Positions 26,701-63,085 of a stretch of 64,000 bases of DNA are shown piece after piece. The stretch's first letter is position 1; each line of letters starts with the position of its first letter. The notes below the pieces were generated by a model. It saw only the letters and a list, made by a program, of their open reading frames with translations. It did not search any database and had not been told where the DNA came from. Source of the stretch: Eledone cirrhosa (Eukaryota); assembly GCA_964016885.1 (NCBI GenBank), contig OZ024757.1:32860001-32924000 (forward strand), read 5' to 3'. The position numbers and the translations under genes were made by a program.

Positions 26701-27181
26701 TATATATATACATATACACGCACATATATATATATACTGGTATATATATATGTTTCACTGCTTAACTTATATATATATATAATAATTGTTTCTATTTTGG
26801 GCACAAGGCCAGCAATTATCCCAGTGCATTACTGGCACTTTATTTTATCGACCCCCGTAAGGATGAAAGGCAAAGTTAACCTCGGCGGGATTTGAACTGA
26901 GACTGTAAAGGGGCGTAACTCTACGCTGCAAAGCATGGTGTCCGACCCTCTACCGATACTGCCAATCCACCGCCCATATATATAATAATAATAATAATGA
27001 GTAGAAACAAGGTATCAATATAGCATCATTATGCTTATTCACATGTGACATGGGATTCCCGATCAATCAGCTAAAGGTATGATTGGTATCAAGTTGGCCT
27101 GACTCTGGAATCGATAGTTCATCAGACTTGTGGATACCTTAATGACAGAAGATAACTATGTACAGCGTTAAACATACTTAA

Positions 27182-27403
27182 CCCTTTAGCATTTACATTA
27201 CTCTATATATACTTTTATATTTTAATGGTAAAGGCTTTACTTCACATTTTTTATCTTACATAATATCCAATTTATGAGATTTTGATATTATTTATTTTGA
27301 GAACAATACCTTAACATCAGTATGAGCAGCCAGTTATGGCCAGTTTGAACAGAAAAAGGTGAGAGAATTCTGGCCGGATATGGCTAGTTTAAATGCTAAA
27401 GGG
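27182..27403. mobile_element. piggyBac-type MITE
   Basis: TTAA-flanked, CCCTTTAGCATT TIRs. Confidence 0.85.
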
Positions 27404-27577
27404 TTAATCATACTTAAGGCATTGGAAGTTCATATTCAGTTGGGATGTCATGTTGTTCATTGCTTTGATTGGTGTAGGTGACAGTAATAGGAAGAGAAAA
27501 GGGAAGCAAGATTTATGTTGTCAGTGTTCTCAATGATGGGGAAAAAATAGAAAAATAGAAAAAATAAAATGAGATGA

Positions 27578-27988
27578 GGTGATAGGGGCTGACCTTACCC
27601 AGTTGCACCTCTCAAAGGCAATAACACATGACCGTGACCTCTGGCGTCGCGCAGTAATACAGAGTACCCGACCTCCCATGGGTACAAGCAGAAGCATATA
27701 GGCAATATGCCCCCACACCCTCCCACTGCAAAGTGGTCGTGGAGGTGCCACGGCAAAAAAGCACCCAGCCCACACTGTAAGGTGGACGTGTAGGCGCCAC
27801 GGAAAAAAGCACCCAGCACTCACTGTAAATGAGGTTGGTGTTAGGAAGGGCATCCAGCTGTAGAAATCAAGCCAGAATCAGTTCCTGTATGAGCAAGGCA
27901 TGGTCAGCCGACCAGACACTGCCCACAACAGGACAACCCGTCTAACCCATGCTAGCACGGAAGAACGGACGTAAAACAGTGATGATGA
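27578..27988 (+). mobile_element. RTE LINE 3' end
   Basis: Near-identical to 43410-43840; (GAT)n tail. Confidence 0.8.
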
Positions 27989-28123
27989 ATTTCTTTGAAG
28001 ATGTGCTGAGCATCATAGGGCTCTTTGACTGAAAGAAGTTGGTAGGTCAGTTTGGCTAGCTTTACCAATTACTCTGTGACTATAATTAGTTCAATTACTT
28101 GTTGACTGTAGTGTATCCATTAA

Positions 28124-28324
28124 CCCTTTAGCATTTATATTACTCTATATATTATATTTTCATGGTAAAGACTTTATTTCATGGTTAGAATGTCATAAGA
28201 GACATTTGATATCTATTTTGAGGACAATACCTTATTCTAGGTATGAGTGGCCAATTGCAACCAGTTTGCACAGAAAAAGGTGAGAAAATTCTGGCTGGAT
28301 ACAGCCAGTTTAAATGCTAAAGGG
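28124..28324. mobile_element. piggyBac-type MITE
   Basis: TTAA-flanked, CCCTTTAGCATT TIRs. Confidence 0.85.
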
Positions 28325-29513
28325 TTAAAGATGAATTAAGATTCTACAGCATTTATGGCGAGTATTTGGACATATGTGTGTGTGCTGCCTGGCATCAGAG
28401 ACACACGTGCACATAGGTATACATATACACACACATCCAAGGATGCATACACCCACACACAGAGACACTAATATACACACACAGACATATATATACAGTA
28501 TACACTGTGTGTACACGCACATACATATACACACACAGACATTGTACCCCTGCTTGTCATAAGAAGTGACGAAAATGGTTAGTGTGAGGAGGGCATTTGG
28601 CTGTAAAACAATGCTTCAAAAAGTGCCATCCAACTAAAATCAAATAAACTCAAGAAACAAATTCTGAGCTCTTTATAAAACAGAAAGGAAAGAAATACAC
28701 AAATATGTGGTAGTTTTATGTCCCCTATAATTGAACACATCATCGTTTAACGTCTATCTTCCACACTAGCATGGGTCAGACGGGAATTGTCCCACTTGAG
28801 GCAAAATTGGTCGGGTGACCATGTCTCGTTCGTATAGGACTGTCTGGAAAGTTTTCTACGGCTGGATGCCCTTCATAACACCAACCACGTTTACAGTGTG
28901 GACTGGGAGCTTTTTACTGTGTTACCTACACGACCACATTACAGCATGGACTGTGTGTTTTTTGTAGTGTCACCTATGTGTATTTCATAGACTCATACCA
29001 AGGTAGAGATGATCCTCTTCTGAGTATCGAGCATCACTTGGTATCGATACCTCCCAGATGGGCATCAATACGAGAAGCGATAGTTAAACTTGAACAGGTG
29101 GTTGGTCGACTCCTTCTCGAGTCTTGACTTTAAAATGTTGACTGAGGGTACGTCATCTGTTGCTTGTTCCAGTGGTTGATCACATGTGCAAAAAAGAAGT
29201 GGTTTCTAGGACTTGGGCGCATTCTATTGTGTCACCAATTCGACCACCTAACTGGGTGCTTTTTGTTGTGAATAACTATTCATTAATATAGACCCAATGA
29301 GGAAGGTATCACAATACATTCACGTATTCAATATATATGTATTACCATCATCGTTTAACATCCGTTTTCCCTGCTAGCAAGGGCTGGACAGATCTCCACA
29401 GACTGAGTTAGTACTCAAACAGAGCTACTGACCTCTAGGACGGATTGAGGGCCTACATCTCGCTTGCACACATTCCCGTACTCGACCGAATACCCAGAAT
29501 GGCTTATACACAA

Positions 29514-29572
<59 letters not shown>

Positions 29573-30860
29573 TTTATAACATTGGGACAAGGCCAGTAAT
29601 TTGGGGATTATGTCGACCCAGTACGTAATTAGTACTTCAATTTTATCGATCCTGAAAGGATGAAGGGCAAAGTTGACCTCGGTGAGATTTGACACCAGAA
29701 TGTAGAAGCTAGATCTAGATGTCGAAACGGCCGGAGCTCAATCATTCTTTTCCTATATTATATATATGCGTCTGGATCGGTCGTCATTAAATTAAAAATC
29801 GATTGACATATATATATATATATATAAAATAAACACATCAAACAGTCACGGGATAATTTGTAAAGAGTGTAAACACACATAGTTGCGTAGGTAACATATT
29901 AAAAATTAACGAGAACCTCGAATATTGATTAATCTTGCTTGTATATATTTCACCATTAATCGGCAAATCATATATGCTAAATCCCTGATCAGATTACACA
30001 CCAAAAGCTAATCTGGAAATGACGAAAAGCACGTGTTTTTTTTAAAATACACTTTGCTTTTGGTGGGTAATCACAGATAGTTAAATCTCTTCTTTTGCCG
30101 ATACATACATATATATAAAGGTACTCAATACGTTAGTAGAGAAGAAGCATGTCCAGCTGTTTCCTATGTATGAAACAGTTGTAGTCCTGTGAAAGTCATC
30201 AATAGAGCCGCATGGCCGTTTTATTATATGTCGATCTCTTTTTCTATTATATATATATATATATTAGCTATTAGTATAGACCCAATAAGGAAGATACCAT
30301 AACAAATTCATGTATACAGTGAAGTTGTTTATATTAATAATACTTACATATAAATATAATAACCCCAGTGGAGAAGATGTCACAATATGTTGAAGTCGAC
30401 AATGTTAGCATCATCAGACCTAGATTTTACAGCAAATGTTGCTTTATATTTTCACATCAACTCAATAAAAAAAAATAGCTGTCGCTGTTTCTTTATATAG
30501 TTGATTACCGATAATCTATATTTAATTCGATGCTATCAATGTTAGTTGTAAACTGGATTTGACCAAGTAATAAACGATATCTATCAAACAATAACAGGAA
30601 ACGCATGGATTTATTCGGTCAGGCTGAACAATTATCAGGGGGAAGTAACTCTATCTTTATTTTCAATATAGTCTTTTAATGTAGCCTCGCCACCACTGCG
30701 TGTGTGTGCTGGCTTGCCTCAAAAATCATTAGAGAGGTTGCCCAGTACTCCTCGCGACGTTGTTTACCCCTTCCTTTTCATTCTCTTTAATATTGTAACA
30801 TTAAAAGAATATATCTTTCTGAATGAATCGCGAGCTATTTATAATGTTATTTATATATAT

Positions 30861-31150
30861 CATCATCATCATCGTCACCGTTTTACGTCTGTTCTTCCAT
30901 GCTAGCATGGGTTAGACGGGTTGTCCTGTTGTGGGCAGTGTCTGGTCGGCTGACCATGCCTTGCTCATACAGGAACTGATTTGGGTTTGATTTCTACAGC
31001 TGGATGCCCTTCCTAACACCAACCTCATTTACAGTGAGTGCTGGGTGCTTTTTTCCGTGGCGCCTACACGTCCACTTTACAGTGTGGGCTGGGTGCTTTT
31101 TTGCGTGGCACCTACACGACCACCTTGCAGTGTTAGGGTGTGGGGGCATA
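30861..31150 (-). mobile_element. RTE LINE 3' UTR fragment
   Basis: Matches 11456-11720. Confidence 0.8.
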
Positions 31151-31984
31151 GATATATATATATTTAAAACATATTTGTTATGTTATTCTACTGTAAATTT
31201 ATTTATATGCTCTGTTTATATTTTCATTCTGAAAGAATTGCAAACAATTTATAATGTTATTTATACTATATATAGTCTTTAAAAATATCATATATCTTTG
31301 TGGGAATTTGTATATAAATTATGTTCTAAAAGTAGTTTATGTGATAAGTCGTCGTCAGCAGCAGTAGCAGTATCAGTACCAGTAATACACTGGGTATTGC
31401 TGGCCTTGTGCCAAAAGTAGAAACAATTATATTTATTATCATCATCAGCAACAACACACCATTACACTAATATTCATTATCCTCATCATCATCATACCCA
31501 ACACCATTACCGTCTTATAATCATCAGCAACATCACTACCCTCATTCATTATCACCATCATCATCATCAATACCACTATCACTGTTTCATCATCATCATC
31601 ATCACCAACACTATACCCTCTTATTCATCACCATCACCTACACTATTAACATCATCATTATCATTGTCAACAAGACCCTGAATACCAGCAAACACCATCA
31701 ATACAGCAATACCTGGTTCCCTCTTTTTCAGATCACAAGTATTCCATGTTCTAATAGTTTCTAACCAAGCTTGTGATCTTCTATCATATCCAGGTCTTTC
31801 TATGTTTTGATCTGACCATTTCCACTCCCTTTGGTTTGCAATTAAAAATCTTAGAGAGAAGCAGAAGGACATGATATCAATATTACACATTGTTTTAACA
31901 ACTAGGTCAGTTATACAGATGGGGCACATTAAGATAGTGAAGTATGGTGTGGGGTTACTTGTCTAACATCTGTCTCGAGACTAG

Positions 31985-32420
31985 AGGCTCATCAGACCAG
32001 TGCTTATCTCGGTTTCCGTGGTGGGAAGCAACTGAAAGTACAAGACTCTTCCCTGGACACGACGCCAGTCCATCACAAGGTTAACTACCCCCCCCCCCCC
32101 CCCACCCCCCAGCTACTGCTGATGCTCATTTTCAAGTGAGTATACTGGAGCAACTTGAAATGAAATGTTTTGCTCAGGTACACAACACACAACCAGAGCC
32201 TCCAAGAGAAATTTTGCAAGGCAGTACAAGACCCCTTTGAGGCTCGAAGCAGGCAAAGATTTTTCTCAAAATGGATGTTGCATGGTTGCTGTGGAGTCTT
32301 CTTAGCTCTTGGACCCCAGAACAAAGTACCAGCTGGACACCCATCGGCCCGGCACACAACCCAGTCCAGGAATTGAACCCATGACATTGTGATCACAAGT
32401 CCAATGCACAACTTGGACTT
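31985..32420 (-). mobile_element. tRNA-derived SINE containing a nested hAT MITE (32194-32352)
   Basis: Reverse complement of the 3781-4060 type; the MITE is flanked by a perfect 8-bp TSD cacacaac. Confidence 0.8.
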
Positions 32421-32766
32421 TTCAATATAATAATTGTTTCTACTTTTGGCACAAGGCCAGCAATTATCCCAGTGTATTACTGGTACTTTATTTTATCAAC
32501 CCCGTAAGGATAAAAGGCAAAGTTAACATCAGCTGGATTTGACTAATGCAAATATGAACTTCAGGTGACACAATATGGGGAATGATATTATCCATTAACT
32601 CAGTATGTTCTGATAATATCTATTAGCTCTGCTAAATATTTGTTATTTACAGATAGTTTATCAACCTAGAACTATTTCAATGAAGAAAAGGAGGTCAGGT
32701 TTGAGATATTGTGAGCATACTGCTAAAAATAGATAACTATCTTTCAGAAACAGTAAACAAATAACA

Positions 32767-32845
32767 ATGATTAGGATACCAGGCCATACAGATATTAGGG
32801 AAAATAGGAAAATAGATGAATTAGCAAAGGAGGGAGCACAAAGGG
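32767..32845 (+). mobile_element. RNase H C-terminal remnant of a retroelement
   Basis: IRIPGHTDIRENRKIDELAKEGA resembles the 'WIPGHxGIxGNExADxLAKxGA' RNase H motif. Confidence 0.55.
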
Positions 32846-33227
32846 AAATGATAAATATTCATATATTTATTTTACACGCACACACATATATATCATCATC
32901 ATCATTTAATGTTGCTTTCTCAGCTTGCAAGGGCTGGATGGGTTTTCACAGACCAAGTCAGTACTGAGGTGGGTCCCACATCTTGCTTACATACAGTCCC
33001 ATCATCTACTATTTTATTGTGGCTCCTGCACTTGGGAGGTTGTCATGTCTTTGATACAACTGGAGGAGCCTCCCAACTCTTTGTTTGGCAAGCTTTCTAC
33101 ACCTGCTACAGCTGGATGCCCTTCCTACTACCAACCCCTCATAGTGTATACTGGGTGCGTATGTCATATAGATCACCAACCTTAGGGAGATTGTCATGTT
33201 GTTTATACAACTAAAGGGTCCTCCCAA

Positions 33228-33306
<79 letters not shown>

Positions 33307-33619
33307 AAAGGTAAGCAGAAATAACAACACAATCACTACAGTATATGGAAGGGATATATTAGGTTAACGCTTGATATAGCAGGAAGAGGGTCTTAATGTT
33401 TCGGATCATCAGAAGAAAGAATGAGAAATAAAATATATATATATATATGTTTTTAATTATGTCTCATATAAAATAATACAACTGGCTATCCGCAAAATAC
33501 GTATAGTTAGCACCCCAAACGTATAATTGGGATTATACTAAGATATATCCTAATGTTTGTTGAGTGAGACGGAAGCCGGTCGGAGTATTGCTTAAAGCTT
33601 TCTCTGTTAATGTATTAAA

Positions 33620-33658
<39 letters not shown>

Positions 33659-33659
33659 A

Positions 33660-34048
33660 AACCTACTCCAGCCAGTAGGCATCTCTAACAAAATACACCC
33701 CGTCCCACCACCCCCACCCCCACCCGATCCACACCACCCCGTTCTATGTAAAGTTATGTTGGTGCCGCGCCATCGAGGCCGAAACAAATGAGATCGTGTA
33801 GGTGTCACGACAAAAAAACACACAGTCCACGCTGTAATGTGGCCGTGTAGGCAACACGGTAAAAACCTCCCAGACCCACACTGTAAATGTGGTTGGTGTT
33901 AGGAAGGGCATCCAACTGTAGAAAACCTGCCAGACAGTCCTATGCGAGCAAGACAATCACTCTTGCCTCAAGTGGGACTACCCCCGTCCAAACCCATGCA
34001 AGCGTGGAACACGGACGTTAAACGTTGATGATGATGATGATGATGATG
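33660..34048 (+). mobile_element. RTE LINE 3' UTR fragment
   Basis: Reverse complement of 17108-17465; (GAT)n tail. Confidence 0.8.
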
Positions 34049-34155
34049 CTAGGCATTTCGGCATAGCCACACTTCTCCCCATCTCACTTAACGTTTGAAA
34101 ACAGTAAAGTTATTGCATTTTCAACATGTGGAATATAAAAAAATACTTACTTTCT

Positions 34156-34186
<31 letters not shown>

Positions 34187-34279
34187 GTGTGTGTGTGTGT
34201 GTCGGATGGTAGCTAAGATGCTTCCATAGGCGGTATGCCGGTTGAGCACTCTATGCTCTTACAGAGCAGAGTATGATAG

Positions 34280-34592
34280 AATATAAAACGAAAAATCAGT
34301 GATGCATCTGAACTCAATTTATTGTTACAATTGTTTCGCTGGCAGACAGCTCGAGACGCGATCATTGTGTGGATCTGTCTGATTCTGGACTCACAGGTTC
34401 GACGGACATGTCTAATGATTTCGGAGCATATTCTGCATGGAAGAATATGCTTCGAAATCATTAGACATGTCCGTCGAACCTGCGGGTCCAGAATCAGACA
34501 GATCCACACAATGATCGCGTCTCTAGCTGTCCGCCAGCGAAACAATTATAACACAATAAATTGAGTTCAGATGCATCACTGATTTTTCGTTT

Positions 34593-34598
<6 letters not shown>
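34280..34598. repeat. Near-perfect long palindrome (~155-bp arms, 7-nt loop)
   Basis: Arms 34280-34434 and 34442-34598 differ by about 6 substitutions and one 2-nt indel; loop gcatgga. Confidence 0.95.
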
Positions 34599-34630
<32 letters not shown>

Positions 34631-34635
<5 letters not shown>

Positions 34636-34727
34636 AAAAAGTTTAACCCCGATGGCAAAGCTCAAGCTGTTTCAGCGGCTATTTCTGGGCGCTTGAGCTC
34701 TGCTGTCGGTGTTAAACTTTTTCCTAT
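34631..34727. other. 97-nt hairpin (37-bp stem)
   Basis: ataggaaaaagtttaaccccgatggcaaagctcaagc ... gcttgagctctgctgtcggtgttaaactttttcctat. Confidence 0.8.
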
Positions 34728-35499
34728 TACCCACTCTACTACCCTAAGTATTGAGTACTCTGGTGCGTTATGGTCCATCTGGTTCCTTACCACACTTCCT
34801 TCGTTATATATATATATATATATATAGTTACAATGTAATTTCAAACAATGCAATTTCCCTGCTGTCACTTTAGTTCTTGTAACAAAAATTCAAAAATGCA
34901 AGACTCAAACAAAATGAAACGCTGGTGATGGTTGGGAATCCATACTACAATGAAAGTTACGGCGCTTTACGTTCTGAGTTCAAATTCCGCCGAGGTTAAC
35001 TTTGCCTTTCATCCTTACGGGGTCGATAAAATAAAGTACCAGTAATGTACTAGGTGATTGCTGGCCTTGTGCCAAAAGTAGAAACAATTATTATTATTAT
35101 TAACGGTAGAGGGTCGGATGCCATGCTTTCCAGCATAGTTACGTCCCTTTACGATCTGAGTTCAAATCCCGCCGTGGTTAACTTTGTCCTTCATCCTTAC
35201 GGGGTCGATAAAATAAAGTACCAGTTAGCCTTGTGCTAAAAATAGAAACAGTTATTATTAAAGTACCAGTAAAGAACTGGGTCGATATAAGCGACTTTCC
35301 TGTTCCCAAAAATGTCTGGCCTTGTGCTTAAACTAACATTATTAACGCACTGGGGTCGACTTAATCGCCCTTCCCTTTAAATTGATGGCCTTGTACCAAA
35401 AGTAGAAACTATCATTATTGTTTCCTGTTATCGTTATTTTCATTTTTAATTACGGCGCAATTCTCCAGTTTTACCTAAGGCAGGTACTTATTTTTTTTT

Positions 35500-35876
35500 T
35501 TTAATTGAACCCTCAAATCATCAATGCGCAGACGAGTGACGTGAGGGAATGAAAGACAGCGTTGACAAGGGCAGGGTTTGAACACACGCTTAACCTGGAA
35601 ACATCACCAAGTTAGATGTACTATTGTTTGTTTGTGCGCCAACATCAATAGCATTAGAGGTTATGTGGCGGCAGATTCTGCTGCTGTTCTCCTTCCATAC
35701 AATCGCCGTGCCTACGCAGCGCTATTTGCCACCCTCCTTGATAGTAAGAAGACAACAAACAACACGGAGTTGAGGAGAGAGAGAAAGAAAGAAAGTAAAC
35801 AGAAACGTAGAAGCCTTAGTTTAGTTGTTCATTGCAGTCGTTGTTCTTGTTGAATGTGTTGTCATTTCACATCGCT
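35500..35876 (+). promoter_or_regulatory. Probable BCAS3 promoter / 5' UTR
   Basis: Locally CpG-rich unique sequence directly upstream of the ATG, with TGCGCA and TGACGT (CRE-like) motifs near 35525-35542; TSS not determinable. Confidence 0.45.
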
Positions 35877-59499
<23,623 letters not shown>

Positions 59500-59554
59500 G
59501 TAAGTAACTCTCATTCATATGTCTTTTTATCTCATGTCTTTTTATATATAAACA

Positions 59555-60120
59555 TATACACTGTCTCACATACACACTGTCTTATATACACACTGTCTCA
59601 CATACACACTGTCTTATATACACACTGTCTCACTCATACACACTGTCTCACCCATACACTGTCTCACATATACACTGTCTCACATACACACTGTCTCATA
59701 TACACACTGTCTCACTCATACACACTGTCTCACTCATACACACTGTCTCACATACACACTGTCTCTCATACACACTGTCTCACATATACAGTGTCTCGCC
59801 TATACACTGTCTCACATACACACTGTCTCACATATACACTGTCTCACCTATACACTGCCTCACCCATACACTGTCTCACATACACACTGTCTTCCATATA
59901 CACTGTCTCACATACACACTGTCTCACATATACACTGTCTCACATACACACTGTCTCACACATACACTGTCTCACATACACACTGTCTCACATACACACT
60001 GTCTCACTCATACACACTGTCTCACTCATACACTGTCTCACATACACACTCTCACATATACACTGTCTTACATATACACCCGCACATATACACTGTCTCA
60101 CATACACACCCGCACATATT
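59555..60120. repeat. ~16-bp minisatellite (tacacactgtctcaca)n
   Basis: Directly visible repeat. Confidence 0.9.
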
Positions 60121-60137
60121 CTCTCAATTCCTCGCTT

Positions 60138-63085
60138 TCTCATACATTTTTTAATTCCATGTGTCTAACACACCTGGACATGTGTACAAAGTCAGAAAAT
60201 AGCACAGCTCCTCTGACTTTCGGAAACATTTTTCACGCTCAGAGTTCCTGAAGCATGGAACAAACTACCAGCATTAGTTGTTAGCTGTCGGGACACTGCA
60301 TCCTTCAAAACCTCCATGGAACAAACTACCTGCATCAGTTGTTAGCTGTCGAGACACTGCACCCTTTAAAACCTCCATGGAACAAACTACCTGCATCAGT
60401 TGTTAGCTGTCGGGACACTGCATCCTTTAAAACCTCCATGGAACAAACTACCTGCATCAGTTGTTAGCTGTCGAGACACTGCACCCTTTAAAACCTCCAT
60501 GGAACAAACTACCTGTATCAGTTGTTAGCTATCGAGACACTGCATCCTTCAAAACCTCCATGGAACAAACTACCTGCATCAGTTGTTAGCTGTCGGGACA
60601 CTGCATCCTTTAAAACCTCCATGGAACAAACTACCTGCATCAGTTGTTAGCTGTCGGGACACTGCATCCTTTAAAACCTCCATGGAACAAACTACCTGCA
60701 TCAGTTGTTAGCTATCGAGACACTGCATCCTTCAAAACCTCCATGGAACAAACTACCTGCATCAGTTGTTAGCTGTCGAGACACTGCATCCTTTAAAACC
60801 TCCATGGAACAAACTACCTGCATCAGTTGTTAGCTATCGAGACACTGCATCCTTCAAAACCTCCATGGAACAAACTACCTGCATCAGTTGTTAGCTGTCG
60901 AGACACTGCATCCTTTAAAACCTCCATGGAACAAACTACCTGCATCAGTTGTTAGCTATCGAGACACTGCATCCTTCAAAACCTCCATGGAACAAACTAC
61001 CTGCATCAGTTGTTAGCTGTCGAGACACTGCATCCTTTAAAACCTCCATGGAACAAACTACCTGCATCAGTTGTTAGCTATCGAGACACTGCATCCTTCA
61101 AAACCTCCATGGAACAAACTACCTGCATCAGTTGTTAGCTGTCGAGACACTGCATCCTTTAAAACCTCCATGGAACAAACTACCTGCATCAGTTGTTAGC
61201 TATCGAGACACTGCATCCTTCAAAACCTCCATGGAACAAACTACCTGCATCAGTTGTTAGCTGTCGAGACACTGCATCCTTTAAAACCTCCATGGAACAA
61301 ACTACCTGCATCAGTTGTTAGCTATCGAGACACTGCATCCTTCAAAACCTCCATGGAACAAACTACCTGCATCAGTTGTTAGCTGTCGAGACACTGCATC
61401 CTTTAAAACCTCCATGGAACAAACTACCTGCATCAGTTGTTAGCTATCGAGACACTGCATCCTTCAAAACCTCCATGGAACAAACTACCTGCATCAGTTG
61501 TTAGCTGTCGAGACACTGCATCCTTTAAGGCCTCCATGGAACAAACTACCTGCATCAGTTGTTAGCTGTCGGGACACTGCAATCTTTAAGGCCTCCATGG
61601 AACAAACTACCTACATCAGTTGTTGGCTATCGGGACACTGCATCCTTCAAAACCTCCATGGAACAAACTACCTGCATCAGTTGTTAGCTGTCGGGACACT
61701 GCATCCTTTAAAACCTCCATGGAACAAACTACCTGCATCAGTTGTTAGCTGTCGGGACACTGCAATCTTTAAAACCTCCATGGAACAAACTACCTGCATC
61801 AGTTGTTAGCTGTCGGGACACTGCATCCTTTAAAACCTCCAAGGAACAAACTACCTGCATCAGTTGTTAGCTGTCGAGACACTGCATCCTTTAAAACCTC
61901 CATGGAACAAACTACCTGCATCAGTTGTTAGCTGTCGAGACACTGCATCCTTTAACACCTCCATGGAACAAACTACCTGCATCAGCTGTTAGCTGTCGAG
62001 ACACTGCATCCTTTAACACCTCCATGGAACAAACTACCTGCATCAGTTGTTAGCTGTCGAGACACTGCATCCTTTAAAACCTCCATGGAACAAACTACCT
62101 GCATCAGTTGTTAGCTGTCGAGACACTGCATCCTTTAAAACCTCCATGGAACAAACTACCTGCATCAGTTGTTAGCTGTCGAGACACTGCATCCTTTAAA
62201 ACCTCCATGGAACAAACTACCTGCATCAGTTGTTAGCTGTCGAGACACTGCATCCTTTAAAACCTCCATGGAACAAACTACCTGCATCAGTTGTTAGCTG
62301 TCGAGACACTGCATCCTTTAAAACCTCCATGGAACAAACTACCTGCATCAGTTGTTAGCTGTCGAGACACTGCATCCTTTAAAACCTCCATGGAACAAAC
62401 TACCTGCATCAGTTGTTAGCTGTCGAGACACTGCATCCTTTAAAACCTCCATGGAACAAACTACCTGCATCAGTTGTTAGCTGTCGAGACACTGCATCCT
62501 TTAAAACCTCCATGGAACAAACTACCTGCATCAGTTGTTAGCTGTCGAGACACTGCATCCTTTAAAACCTCCATGGAACAAACTACCTGCATCAGTTGTT
62601 AGCTGTCGAGACACTGCATCCTTTAAAACCTCCATGGAACAAACTACCTGCATCAGTTGTTAGCTGTCGAGACACTGCATCCTTTAAAACCTCCATGGAA
62701 CAAACTACCTGCATCAGTTGTTAGCTGTCGAGACACTGCATCCTTTAAAACCTCCATGGAACAAACTACCTGCATCAGTTGTTAGCTGTCGAGACACTGC
62801 ATCCTTTAAAACCTCCATGGAACAAACTACCTGCATCAGTTGTTAGCTGTCGAGACACTGCATCCTTTAAAACCTCCATGCTTCCTGAGATTCGCCAACA
62901 CTGCGCCTGATATTCCCCCTCCATACTCATGCACACATGTATATCATGACTCATACGCTATTCACTTCCCTGACATTTGTATATTATTCTATGTACTATA
63001 CATGCACCTTTGATGAGTTGTAGTGCACCTGAGCACTGTACACAATAATTTCATTATTATATTATTATCATTATCATTATTATTA
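60138..63085 (+). mobile_element. CR1-type LINE 3' fragment containing an internal satellite expansion
   Basis: CR1 sequence at 60138-60253 and 62877-63085 (3' UTR, ATT tail) is contiguous across the array. Confidence 0.9.
60254..62876 (+). repeat. 61-bp tandem array, 43 copies, derived from the CR1 ORF2 end
   Basis: Unit catggaacaaactacctgcatcagttgttagctgtcgagacactgcatcctttaaaacctc; 2623 bp / 61 = 43. Confidence 0.95.

Noticed and set aside
31430-31670. His/Asp-rich coding stretch
   Set aside because: Degenerate (CAT/CAC)n low-complexity tract.
34213-34564. Two similar ORFs on opposite strands
   Set aside because: A by-product of the palindrome; no recognisable domain.
60254-62876. CRISPR-like array
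   Set aside because: Units are head-to-tail with no unique spacers, derive from a LINE, and the context is eukaryotic with no cas genes.
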